IMG/VR virus record: IMGVR_UViG_3300020159_001694
Span: 1 to 27,694 of that record
Direction: 5' to 3' (one strand)
DNA: 27,694 bases
Source of the DNA: a virus
Lineage: Duplodnaviria > Caudoviricetes
Positions within the stretch are counted from its first letter, which is position 1. Each line of letters starts with the position of its first letter. Below are positions 1 through 8,445 of the stretch, piece after piece. A model generated the notes under the pieces. The model was given only the letters and a program-made list of their open reading frames with translations. It was not told the origin of the DNA and ran no database searches. The position numbers and the translations under genes are program-made.

Positions 1-1
1 A

Positions 2-973
2 AAAATGGAAGAAGAAGGTTATAAACCATTTTCATCTTGGTTTGAATCTATGTCTAAAAAATTCAAATACGATAGACGTAAGATTGCTCAGGAATTGGAG
101 TGTGACTTCTTAGGTTCAGGAGATGGTGTAATTCCTGGTGACATTCAAGAGAATATTGCCAAGAATATGATTAGGGTTCCATTTGAGAAGTATATGCAAG
201 GAACTTTTTGGCATTGGAAAGAACCGGTACAAGACCATCGTTACATTATGGGAGTGGACGTGAGTAGAGGAGATAGTGAGGATTTCTCATCCATCAATAT
301 TATTGATTTTGATGAAAGAGAACAAGTTGCGGAATATATCGGTAAAATACCACCGGATGATTTAGCGGCAATTGCATATAAATGGGGTGTGTTGTATAAT
401 GCGTTCATTGTGGTGGATATTACGGGGGGTATGGGAGTGGCAACATCAAGAAAATTACAGGAATTAAATTATAAAAATCTATACATTGATGGTATTAATA
501 CTCAAAACATATGGGAGTATAATAAGAAAGCAATGGATAAAATACCCGGTTTAAATTTCAATAACAAAAGAACTCAAATTGTTGCGGCTTTCGAGGAACA
601 ATTAAGGAAAGGATTTATGGTAAGGTCATCAAGATTACTAAACGAACTTAATACTTTTGTTTATATGAATGGTAGACCTGACCATATGAAAGGTGCTCAC
701 GATGACGCGATTATGAGTATGTCTATGGCGTTATACGCTGGTGACATATGTTTCAATCAATTACAAAGAACTGATGCACAAAACAAAGCAATGTTAGATT
801 CTTGGGTATTATCTGAAAGAACATACGAAGCTAGTAAAACCTTTTATTCATATGGTACAACATTCGACCCAATCGGTTCAATGGCAAGTGAAGGTTTTGG
901 GGGTGGGCAACCACAAACACCCTCTAAACAGGCATATGGTGAATATAGTTGGTTATTTGGTAAACCTAAATAA
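2..973 (+). CDS. Terminase large subunit, C-terminal RNase H-like nuclease domain (5'-truncated by window edge)
   Basis: 'QELECDFLGSG' linker, 'YIMGVDVSRGDSEDFS' nuclease motif, 'ELNTF...HDDAIMS' metal-binding motif. Directly upstream of the portal. The frame is open from nt 2. Confidence 0.93.
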   Translation, partial: KMEEEGYKPFSSWFESMSKKFKYDRRKIAQELECDFLGSGDGVIPGDIQENIAKNMIRVPFEKYMQGTFWHWKEPVQDHRYIMGVDVSRGDSEDFSSINIIDFDEREQVAEYIGKIPPDDLAAIAYKWGVLYNAFIVVDITGGMGVATSRKLQELNYKNLYIDGINTQNIWEYNKKAMDKIPGLNFNNKRTQIVAAFEEQLRKGFMVRSSRLLNELNTFVYMNGRPDHMKGAHDDAIMSMSMALYAGDICFNQLQRTDAQNKAMLDSWVLSERTYEASKTFYSYGTTFDPIGSMASEGFGGGQPQTPSKQAYGEYSWLFGKPK

Positions 974-1028
974 TCCTTTATTTATTCAATAAAAAAGAAT
1001 ATATTTTTAAGAAATAGTATTTATAGTT

Positions 1029-2864
1029 ATGGCAGAAAATAATTTAACGGTATTTCAGAAACTCACGAAGGTTTTTGGTTTTCAAGGAAAATCAAAAGAC
1101 GAATCACCGTCATTCAATCTTAATAGAGATGAGATATTAAAAACCGACAGTAAGGAGGACTATGAAAAGGCGTTACTACAAGCCCAACAATCACAGTACG
1201 TTGCTGACAAGTGGACTAAGTTAGACCAATCATTATATAATCAATCGGTTTATTACGAACCAAATAGATTATCAGCATATTATGATTATGAATCTATGGA
1301 ATTCACACCTGAGATTTCTGCGGCGTTAGATATCTACGCAGAAGAATCGACAACAATGTCTGAAAAGGGTGAGATACTAACAATATATTCAGAGTCAAAA
1401 AGAATTAAAGGAATTCTCGAGGATTTATTTAAAGAAAAATTAGACATTAACACTAACCTACAAATGTGGGCTAGAGGTATGTGTAAGTATGGTGATGATT
1501 TTGTGTTTCTTAAAGTTGACCCTGAAAGAGGTATTGTAGGTTGTCAACAATTACCGAATATCGAAATTGAAAGAGTTGAAGGTGCGGCACTTAAGAATTT
1601 AGCGGCGGCTCCTAAAGATTCTAAAATACCAACAAGAGAATTAAGATTTAATTGGAAGAATAAAGATATTGAATTCCAAGCTTGGGAAATTGCTCACTTT
1701 AGAATTTTAGGTGACGATAGAAAATTACCTTACGGTACTTCTATGTTAGATAAGATTAGAAGAATTTGGAAACAACTTTTACTTGCGGAAGATGCTATGT
1801 TAATTTACAGAACGTCAAGAGCACCTGAAAGACGTGTATTCAAAGTATTCGTTGGTAATATGGACGATAAGGACATTGAACCATATGTACAACGTGTTGC
1901 TAATAAATTCAAAAGAGATACGGTGGTTGACCAAAAAAATGGTAACGTAGATATGAGATATAATCAGATGGCGGTAGACCAAGATTATTTTATTCCTGTA
2001 CGTGACCCCGCACAAACTAACCCAATCGAGACATTACCGGGAGCAGCTAATTTAGGTGAGATTGCGGATATTGAGTATATTCAAAAAAAGATGTTAGCGG
2101 CACTTCGTATTCCAAAAGCGTTTTTAGGATTTGAAGAGGTTGTTGGTGATGGTAAAAATCTTGCATTAATGGATATACGTTTTGCAAGGACTATCAATAG
2201 AATACAAAAATCATTAATACAAGAATTAAATAAAATTGCGTTAATTCATTTATATCTTTTAGGATTAGAAGATGAATTACACAACTTTAGTTTATCGTTA
2301 ACTAACCCATCATCTCAATCTGATTTACTTAAGATTGAACAATGGAAAGAGAAAGTTACATTGTATAAAGACGCAACATCGGATAACTCACAACTTGGTA
2401 TATTACCAGTATCACATACTTGGGCTAAGAAAAACATACTTGGGTTTAGTGATAATGAGGTTATACTTGATTTACAACAACAAAGACTTGAGAGAGCAAT
2501 TGGTGGTGAGTTGGCTGCAACAGCTACTATCATTAAACGTTCAGGAGTATTTGATGAGGTAGATTCTAAGTATGGAATACCTGAAGAAGAAAGAGAAAAA
2601 CTTGAAGCTGCAGGTGGAGCGGCACCAGCGGAAGGTGGAATGCCAGGTGGTGATATGGGAATGGGAGCACCAGCAGATATGGGTGCACCGGCAGAAGCAA
2701 CCCCACCAGCAGGAGCTGCACCATTAAGTGAATCAAGAAAAGATAAGATTTTATCTATGTTAGGAGACGATTCTGAAAAATTAGAGGATTTATTTGATAT
2801 TAATAAAGCCCAACAGAATATTTATGAGATAGAAAATAAATTGAAAGATATATTAAACGACTAA
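1029..2864 (+). CDS. Portal protein (T4 gp20-like)
   Basis: Motifs 'PEISAALDIYAEE', 'EDAMLIYRTSRAPERRVF', 'DYFIPVR', 'IETLPG', 'DIEYIQKK..AAL.IPK' typical of gp20 portals. Position follows the terminase. Confidence 0.95.
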   Translation: MAENNLTVFQKLTKVFGFQGKSKDESPSFNLNRDEILKTDSKEDYEKALLQAQQSQYVADKWTKLDQSLYNQSVYYEPNRLSAYYDYESMEFTPEISAALDIYAEESTTMSEKGEILTIYSESKRIKGILEDLFKEKLDINTNLQMWARGMCKYGDDFVFLKVDPERGIVGCQQLPNIEIERVEGAALKNLAAAPKDSKIPTRELRFNWKNKDIEFQAWEIAHFRILGDDRKLPYGTSMLDKIRRIWKQLLLAEDAMLIYRTSRAPERRVFKVFVGNMDDKDIEPYVQRVANKFKRDTVVDQKNGNVDMRYNQMAVDQDYFIPVRDPAQTNPIETLPGAANLGEIADIEYIQKKMLAALRIPKAFLGFEEVVGDGKNLALMDIRFARTINRIQKSLIQELNKIALIHLYLLGLEDELHNFSLSLTNPSSQSDLLKIEQWKEKVTLYKDATSDNSQLGILPVSHTWAKKNILGFSDNEVILDLQQQRLERAIGGELAATATIIKRSGVFDEVDSKYGIPEEEREKLEAAGGAAPAEGGMPGGDMGMGAPADMGAPAEATPPAGAAPLSESRKDKILSMLGDDSEKLEDLFDINKAQQNIYEIENKLKDILND

Positions 2865-2866
2865 AA

Positions 2867-3604
2867 ATGAACAAAATCGGGGTTTTAAAAACCAAAATAT
2901 TAAAGAAACTTACAGAATCCTATTCAACTCAGAACAAATCTGAAATGAAGGATATCCTAAAAACAATAAAGGAAAACAAAGATTTCAAAGAATTATACCT
3001 TTTCTATGAAGAGATTGAAAACAAATACTTTGATGATAAAGAAATTGCTAAACTATATGTTGAGGAACTAAACATAATCCTTAAGTCTAAATCAAAATCA
3101 ATTGTTGAGTTTTGTAGTTCATTAAATGAAAAATTAGGAGATTTAGAAATTAATGAAAACGAAGTTTATTCAACACTTGACCAATTATTGGAAGATGATA
3201 GTTTAAACAACATAGATAAGAAGGTGATTGCAAAGAAAAAATTAGTTAGTCATTTAACCACTAAAAAAGAGGTAAATGAGTCTACTATAGACGGAGTGGT
3301 TCCAAACGAAAATTTATTACACGCTGTATTAGCAAACAATTTCAACGTATTATATTCAAATAGTTTAAACGAAGAACAACAAGAAGAATTAAAAACTATC
3401 CTTTCAATGCCTCAAGAAGATTTAGAAAAGAACATCACAGAATTAAAAGAATCAGTACTATCCCAAGTGGGAACGATATTATCTGAAAATCAGGATAATG
3501 ATTTAACAACAAAATTAAATCAAGTTCAAAAAGAGGTAAACGAAATGAATTTTAGTAAGTTTAATCTCTACAAACTTAAAGAATTAAAAAATGGTCTTAA
3601 TTAA
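2867..3604 (+). CDS. Hypothetical helical protein, possibly prohead core/assembly protein
   Basis: 245-aa ORF starting 2 nt after the portal stop. Many [LIV]-x-E sites. Occupies the position of T4 core genes between portal and protease. Confidence 0.6.
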   Translation: MNKIGVLKTKILKKLTESYSTQNKSEMKDILKTIKENKDFKELYLFYEEIENKYFDDKEIAKLYVEELNIILKSKSKSIVEFCSSLNEKLGDLEINENEVYSTLDQLLEDDSLNNIDKKVIAKKKLVSHLTTKKEVNESTIDGVVPNENLLHAVLANNFNVLYSNSLNEEQQEELKTILSMPQEDLEKNITELKESVLSQVGTILSENQDNDLTTKLNQVQKEVNEMNFSKFNLYKLKELKNGLN

Positions 3605-3615
3605 GACCATTTTTT
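3586..3615. terminator. 30-bp perfect palindrome spanning two convergent stop codons; probable bidirectional terminator
   Basis: AAAAAATGGTCTTAA|TTAAGACCATTTTTT, with a T-run after the stem on both strands. Confidence 0.7.
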
Positions 3616-3788
3616 TTTGACTCTATGTAAATCGCCTTTAATTTTTGTGTTCTTTTTTTAACTGACGGTTTTACGAATTCCTGTCTTTCTCTTAGTTTTT
3701 GGATTTGTTTAGTCTTTTGAACTTTTTGTTTGTAAGTCCTAAGAGCAGACTCAATACCCTTTTCATTTTTAATTTCTATTATTAACAT
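3597..3788 (-). CDS. rpsU: Phage-encoded 30S ribosomal protein bS21
   Basis: 63 aa, very basic. 'MLIIEIK..E.IESALR.YK.K', 'LRERQEFVKPSVKKR' and 'KAIY' match the bS21 pattern of Bacteroidota type. Confidence 0.92.
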   Translation of the reverse strand: MLIIEIKNEKGIESALRTYKQKVQKTKQIQKLRERQEFVKPSVKKRTQKLKAIYIESKKNGLN

Positions 3789-3817
3789 ATTTTACTTTTT
3801 GTATTTTATAAATATAT

Positions 3818-3849
3818 TTTGGAAATACAAGAATTTTTCATTATATTTT
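3818..3849 (+). promoter_or_regulatory. Bacteroidota sigmaA-like promoter (TTTG-N20-TATATTTT)
   Basis: TTTG 3818-3821 and TATATTTT 3842-3849; one mismatch to the TAnnTTTG consensus. Upstream of ORF 3887. Confidence 0.5.
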
Positions 3850-3886
3850 TATTACACCATAAAATGAAAAAATATGTACAAAGATA

Positions 3887-4312
3887 ATGAAAACTGGGAA
3901 ATTTATACCCCTTGGATATTGTGAAAATGTGAAAATTGGTTACGGTACTGTAGATTTTAAAAATTTAAAGACCGTATACATAAAATTAAACTCTTGGTTA
4001 TTACCTGAAAATGAGACGGATGACTTTAATCAAATCCTATCAAAGACAAGAAGAGATATTAAAACCTATCTATATTATTTAGAAAATGACTTCTTTAGAA
4101 AAGAAAACATCGTCGATTTAGATGTTAGAACTAAAGGAATAAAATTAGAGAAAAAGTCATTTATGAATTTAGAGATTACATTATTTGTTAAAAATCAATT
4201 CGATATAAGAGATGTAAATGTTAAAAAAACAATTAAATCTATATCAGAAAACATTATTAATAATAATTTAAAAGACAAAAATCTGTTTAATTTCTACAAG
4301 AACAAGAAATAA
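3887..4312 (+). CDS. Hypothetical protein
   Basis: 141-aa ORF filling the gap between bS21 and the protease; ATG start with an A-rich leader. Confidence 0.75.
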   Translation: MKTGKFIPLGYCENVKIGYGTVDFKNLKTVYIKLNSWLLPENETDDFNQILSKTRRDIKTYLYYLENDFFRKENIVDLDVRTKGIKLEKKSFMNLEITLFVKNQFDIRDVNVKKTIKSISENIINNNLKDKNLFNFYKNKK

Positions 4313-4350
4313 GTTGGGATATTGATGTATTTATAGTATAAAAACTGTAA

Positions 4351-5034
4351 ATGAAGATATTAGGTCCAAACGAGACGGGTAAAGGAATATTAATCGAATA
4401 CGACGCAGGACACGTCTCTCCCGACGACAACAAAAAAATTATATCAGAAATGAAGGGTATGGACTTCTCAGAAGACCTTATCCTTTATGCTGTTTTACAA
4501 AAATACGACACACCTAACAAAAACGGGAGAATCTATCCCGAAGTTCTTCTTAAAAGGGAGAACGAAAAATACCAAACTCTTATTAAAAAGGGTGGAGCTT
4601 TAAATGAGTTAAATCACCCTTCATCTTCACTTATCGATTTAGATAGAGTATCTCATTCTATCATTGAGACTTGGTGGGATGGTAAAATGTTAATGGGTAA
4701 AATTAAACTATTCACTTCTCCCGGTTGGAAGAAGATGGGTATTGTTTCTACCAAAGGGGACCAAGCCGCTATGTTAATTATGAACGGTGCAACTTTAGGT
4801 ATCTCTTCTCGTGGTGTAGGTTCACTTAAGAATATTAAAGGTCAAAACATAGTTCAGGAAGATTTTGAACTTGTGTGTTTTGATTTGGTGTCATCTCCAT
4901 CCACACCCGGAGCATACGTTTTCCCTGAATTATCTGATAGAGACAAGTATCAAGAATCTATCGAAGAAAAGGGTGAAGGATTTGATAAAATGAAATCTTT
5001 AATGGGAAAATTAGATAACTTTTTATCCAAGTAA
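4351..5034 (+). CDS. Prohead maturation protease (T4 gp21-like)
   Basis: 'NKNGRIYP', 'ELNHP' (catalytic His), 'VSH', 'GISSRGVGS' (catalytic Ser), 'FDLVSSPSTPGAY'. Confidence 0.95.
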   Translation: MKILGPNETGKGILIEYDAGHVSPDDNKKIISEMKGMDFSEDLILYAVLQKYDTPNKNGRIYPEVLLKRENEKYQTLIKKGGALNELNHPSSSLIDLDRVSHSIIETWWDGKMLMGKIKLFTSPGWKKMGIVSTKGDQAAMLIMNGATLGISSRGVGSLKNIKGQNIVQEDFELVCFDLVSSPSTPGAYVFPELSDRDKYQESIEEKGEGFDKMKSLMGKLDNFLSK

Positions 5035-5119
5035 TGAATTTTATAGGGGTATCTATATTGAAAAAGTAAATTTTTCATAAAATCGTAGTATTTATAAGAT
5101 AATAAAACAAACAAAAAAG

Positions 5120-6289
5120 ATGAGTCAAAAATCTATTTTAGAACAAGCGTTACTTCAAGTACAAACACTTGAAGAAGCAGTAAAGCAAAATGCAAAAGGT
5201 ATACTTGCTTCAACAATGAAACAAGAACTAAACGATTTGCTTAAAGAACAAGTAGAAGAGGAAGAATCTGACGTTCCGGTTGTTGAACAACCAGAGGACG
5301 AAGTTAATCCTGAAGAAGATGAAGATGTAACAGATGATGAATCTGCTGATGATGAAACTTCAATAAACGACGAACCAGCTGACGAAGACGAAATCGCTGA
5401 CGAACCTGAATCTGATGAAGAAGGTGAAATGGGTGGTGAAGAATTTGGTGCTGAAGATGAAATGTCTGATGACGAAATGTCTGATGAGATGTCTGACGAC
5501 GATGTTGTAGATATGACCACAGCATCTGATGATGAAGTACTTAAAGTATTCAAAGCTATGAAACCTGAAGATGGTATCGTAGTTAAAAAGGAAGGTGATA
5601 AAATTTCACTTAACGTTGATGACCAAGAGTATATCATTAAATTAGATGGTGAAGGTGAGGCTCCTGAAATGGGACTTGCTGAAGGTGAATACAACGAAGG
5701 TGATGTGGACATCGAAGAAGGTGATGACGAAGACGGAACAGTTTACGAAATCACTCTTGACGAAGATGAAATTGCATTAGATAAAGAAGAATCTGAAGAA
5801 CCTAAAAAAGTTGAAGCTACCGAAGCTGCCAGAACTCAAGCTAACGATGTTAGAGGTGAGGGACCACGTCAAGGTAAGAAATTCAAAGCAGGACGTCCGC
5901 AATTAAATGAAGAAGTTGAAACTTTAAAGAAACAAAATGCTGAATACAAGAAAGCATTAGTATTATTCAAAGAAAAACTTAACGAAGTTGCTGTGTTCAA
6001 TGCAAATTTAGCTTACGCAACGAGATTATTCACAGAACATTCAACAACAAAACAGGAGAAATTGAGTATTTTAAAAAGATTTGATTCTATTTCAACTATA
6101 AACGAAGCTAAAAATCTTTACAAATCAATTAAAACCGAATTAGACACTAAAAAACCAATGACTGAATCGGTGGTTGAAAAAATCACATCAACTCCACAAA
6201 CTTCTTCTACTGAAGTATTATCTGAAGCTAAGGCTTATGAAAATCCTCAATTTAGAAGAATGAAAGATTTGATGAGTAAAATAAAATAA
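5120..6289 (+). CDS. Prohead scaffolding/core protein (gp22-like position)
   Basis: Very acidic low-complexity middle and coiled-coil C-terminus; lies between protease and MCP. Confidence 0.8.
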   Translation: MSQKSILEQALLQVQTLEEAVKQNAKGILASTMKQELNDLLKEQVEEEESDVPVVEQPEDEVNPEEDEDVTDDESADDETSINDEPADEDEIADEPESDEEGEMGGEEFGAEDEMSDDEMSDEMSDDDVVDMTTASDDEVLKVFKAMKPEDGIVVKKEGDKISLNVDDQEYIIKLDGEGEAPEMGLAEGEYNEGDVDIEEGDDEDGTVYEITLDEDEIALDKEESEEPKKVEATEAARTQANDVRGEGPRQGKKFKAGRPQLNEEVETLKKQNAEYKKALVLFKEKLNEVAVFNANLAYATRLFTEHSTTKQEKLSILKRFDSISTINEAKNLYKSIKTELDTKKPMTESVVEKITSTPQTSSTEVLSEAKAYENPQFRRMKDLMSKIK

Positions 6290-6320
6290 TAATAAAAAAA
6301 CAAAAAAATACAATTTTAAA

Positions 6321-8042
6321 ATGGGAGCATTATTAGAATCAGGTATGGTAGGTAACATCGGTCTTAAGCACCTTCGTGTTATCAAAGAAGATACCCTTAA
6401 AAAATGGGATGACTTAGGCTTTTTAGAAGGTCTTAACGGTCACCAAAAAGATAACATCGCGCAATTATATGAAAACCAAGCGTCTTATTTAATCAACGAA
6501 GCAGCAGTATCTGATGCTTCTGGTTCTTTCGAGACTGTGGTATTCCCTATCATTCGTCGTGTATTCTCTAAATTATTAGCTAACGACATCGTGTCTGTAC
6601 AAGCTATGAACTTACCAATTGGTAAATTATTCTACTTCATTCCTAAAATTCAATCAAGAGATGGTGTTAACCACCGTCAACCTTATGGAATGCCAAGTAA
6701 CAACGACGCAGCAGATGCTGGTTACACAGATAACAGAAACCTTTACGATAGCTTCTATGAGGCTGGTGATGGTAACTCTCCTTCTGAAGGTTTATTTGAT
6801 TACTCTAAAGGTGCATACTCTGCAGTTACTTTAAACGGTGCAGCAGTTGTAGCATTCTCTAACGGTGCTGTTGCTGACGTTACAAGAGCGTCTATAACAG
6901 GTACTACTCAATCTAACTTAGTATTGAAATTCTCTGGTTTCACTAAAGACGGTCAAGGTAAGTTAATCGGACCTAACGGTTCTGTAATGGATACTGAAGA
7001 ATTCTTAGCAGGTGCTGAAGTTTTCGTAAGTGGAGCTTCTAAAAACTTTAACATCGTAACTCAAAAATACGGTAAAGGTATTATCGAGTACGGTTCTAAA
7101 GCAACTTCTGCTTTCCCTGGTGGTCGTTTCCAAGATATCTGTGATGAAGACGGTGTAATCTACATCAACGTAGACTTACAAACTTACTCTGCAACTGCAG
7201 GTTTCGGTAACGCACAATTATCTAACACTTTCCAAGCTTCAGATGTAACTTTACAATTTAGAGTTTACAGTGACTTAGAATTTGAAGATAAGATTGGTGA
7301 AGTATCTTTCGATTTAGAATCAGTAACAGTTTCTGTAACTGAAAGAAAATTAAGAGCTAGCTGGTCTCCAGAATTAGCACAAGACGTAAGTGCATTCCAC
7401 AACATCGACGCTGAAGCTGAGTTAACAGCATTGTTATCTGAGCAAATCGCAGCAGAAGTTGACCGTGAAATTTTACGTGACCTTCGTAAAGGTGCCGCTT
7501 GGACAACTAAGTGGGATTACAACGAATGGAGATATGGTAACGGTGGTGTTGCTTTCGCAGGTTACACTCAAAAAGACTGGAACCAAACGTTAATCACTAA
7601 GATTAACCAATTATCAGCTCAAATCCATAAGTCTACTTTGAGAGGTGGTGCTAACTGGATTGTTGTTTCTTCAGAAGTTTCTGCAGTATTCGACGATTTA
7701 GAATATTTCCACGTATCAAACGCTCATCCTGAGCAAGACCAATACAATATGGGTATCGAGAAAGTAGGTACGTTAGCAGGTAGATATCAAGTTTACCGTG
7801 ACCCTTACTTCCCGGCTAATAAAATCTTAATTGGACACAAAGGTAAATCATTATTGGACGCTGGTTACATCTACGCACCATATGTACCTTTACAATTAAC
7901 TCCAACAATGTACAATCCTTTCAATATGACCCCAATCAAGGGTATTATGACAAGATACGCAAAGAAAATGGTAAACAACCGTTACTACGCGACTATCACA
8001 GTTAGAGGATTACAATCATTTAGCTTGGATACCTTAAGATAA
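6321..8042 (+). CDS. Major capsid protein (T4 gp23-like)
   Basis: 'IIRRVF..LLANDIVSVQAMNLPIG', 'RKLRASWSPELAQD..AFH.IDAEAEL', 'EVDREI', 'YAPYVPL', 'GIMTRYA'. Codon bias typical of highly expressed genes. Confidence 0.97.
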   Translation: MGALLESGMVGNIGLKHLRVIKEDTLKKWDDLGFLEGLNGHQKDNIAQLYENQASYLINEAAVSDASGSFETVVFPIIRRVFSKLLANDIVSVQAMNLPIGKLFYFIPKIQSRDGVNHRQPYGMPSNNDAADAGYTDNRNLYDSFYEAGDGNSPSEGLFDYSKGAYSAVTLNGAAVVAFSNGAVADVTRASITGTTQSNLVLKFSGFTKDGQGKLIGPNGSVMDTEEFLAGAEVFVSGASKNFNIVTQKYGKGIIEYGSKATSAFPGGRFQDICDEDGVIYINVDLQTYSATAGFGNAQLSNTFQASDVTLQFRVYSDLEFEDKIGEVSFDLESVTVSVTERKLRASWSPELAQDVSAFHNIDAEAELTALLSEQIAAEVDREILRDLRKGAAWTTKWDYNEWRYGNGGVAFAGYTQKDWNQTLITKINQLSAQIHKSTLRGGANWIVVSSEVSAVFDDLEYFHVSNAHPEQDQYNMGIEKVGTLAGRYQVYRDPYFPANKILIGHKGKSLLDAGYIYAPYVPLQLTPTMYNPFNMTPIKGIMTRYAKKMVNNRYYATITVRGLQSFSLDTLR

Positions 8043-8064
8043 TCTTAATTATCAATAGTAAAAG

Positions 8065-8095
8065 ACCCTCGAGAAATCGGGGGTTTTTTATTTTT
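8065..8095 (+). terminator. Intrinsic terminator after MCP
   Basis: Stem ACCCTCGA / TCGGGGGT (one G-U pair), GAAA loop, then TTTTTATTTTT. Confidence 0.85.
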
Positions 8096-8124
8096 GGTAT
8101 ATTCCAGAATATTTCTTATATTTG
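8093..8124 (+). promoter_or_regulatory. Bacteroidota sigmaA-type promoter (-33 TTTG, -7 TATATTTG)
   Basis: TTTG 8093-8096, 20-nt spacer, TATATTTG 8117-8124; exact match to TTTG-N19-21-TAnnTTTG. Confidence 0.7.
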
Positions 8125-8127
8125 CGT

Positions 8128-8445
8128 ATGGCGGAAAATATGGACTATAGCAAACTAAGATTAGACGTTCTTGAGAAGATGGTCTATTCGAGGGGTATTG
8201 AGTGTAAAATGAAAAAGGATGAGATGGTTAAGGTATTAAAACTCGATGATGAGGGTAAATACGAACCACCAATGAATAACACGATATACGAAAAGGCGGA
8301 AGGAGGATTTAATGTGGGTGTGGATTTAAGAAATCAATCCGATTTAGTCCAATTAGGAAAATTGGTCGAGAAAAAAGATGCAAAATCACTTAACAGATAT
8401 TCGGACAATAGGGTTTGGTATTGGTCGAAAGGTAAATTAATATGA
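8128..8445 (+). CDS. Hypothetical protein with possible N-terminal helix-extension-helix (Rho-N/SAP-like) motif
   Basis: 'YSKLRLDVLEKMVYSRGIECKMKKDEMVKVL'. The start is ATG 8128 or 8140; the track's TTG at 8122 lies inside the promoter. Confidence 0.6.
   Translation: MAENMDYSKLRLDVLEKMVYSRGIECKMKKDEMVKVLKLDDEGKYEPPMNNTIYEKAEGGFNVGVDLRNQSDLVQLGKLVEKKDAKSLNRYSDNRVWYWSKGKLI

Noticed and set aside
1815-2562. Short alternative-frame or antisense ORFs within the portal (also 6619-6834 in MCP)
   Set aside because: Fully nested in well-supported genes, with no recognisable motifs.
5456-5503. GA(A/G)ATGTCTGA repeated three times
   Set aside because: Encodes DEMSD low-complexity repeats in the scaffold; ordinary slippage.
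5155-5712. 185-aa Ser-rich ORF (and nested 5304-5525) on the - strand
   Set aside because: Antisense shadow of the GAA/GAT-rich acidic scaffold gene; no independent signals.
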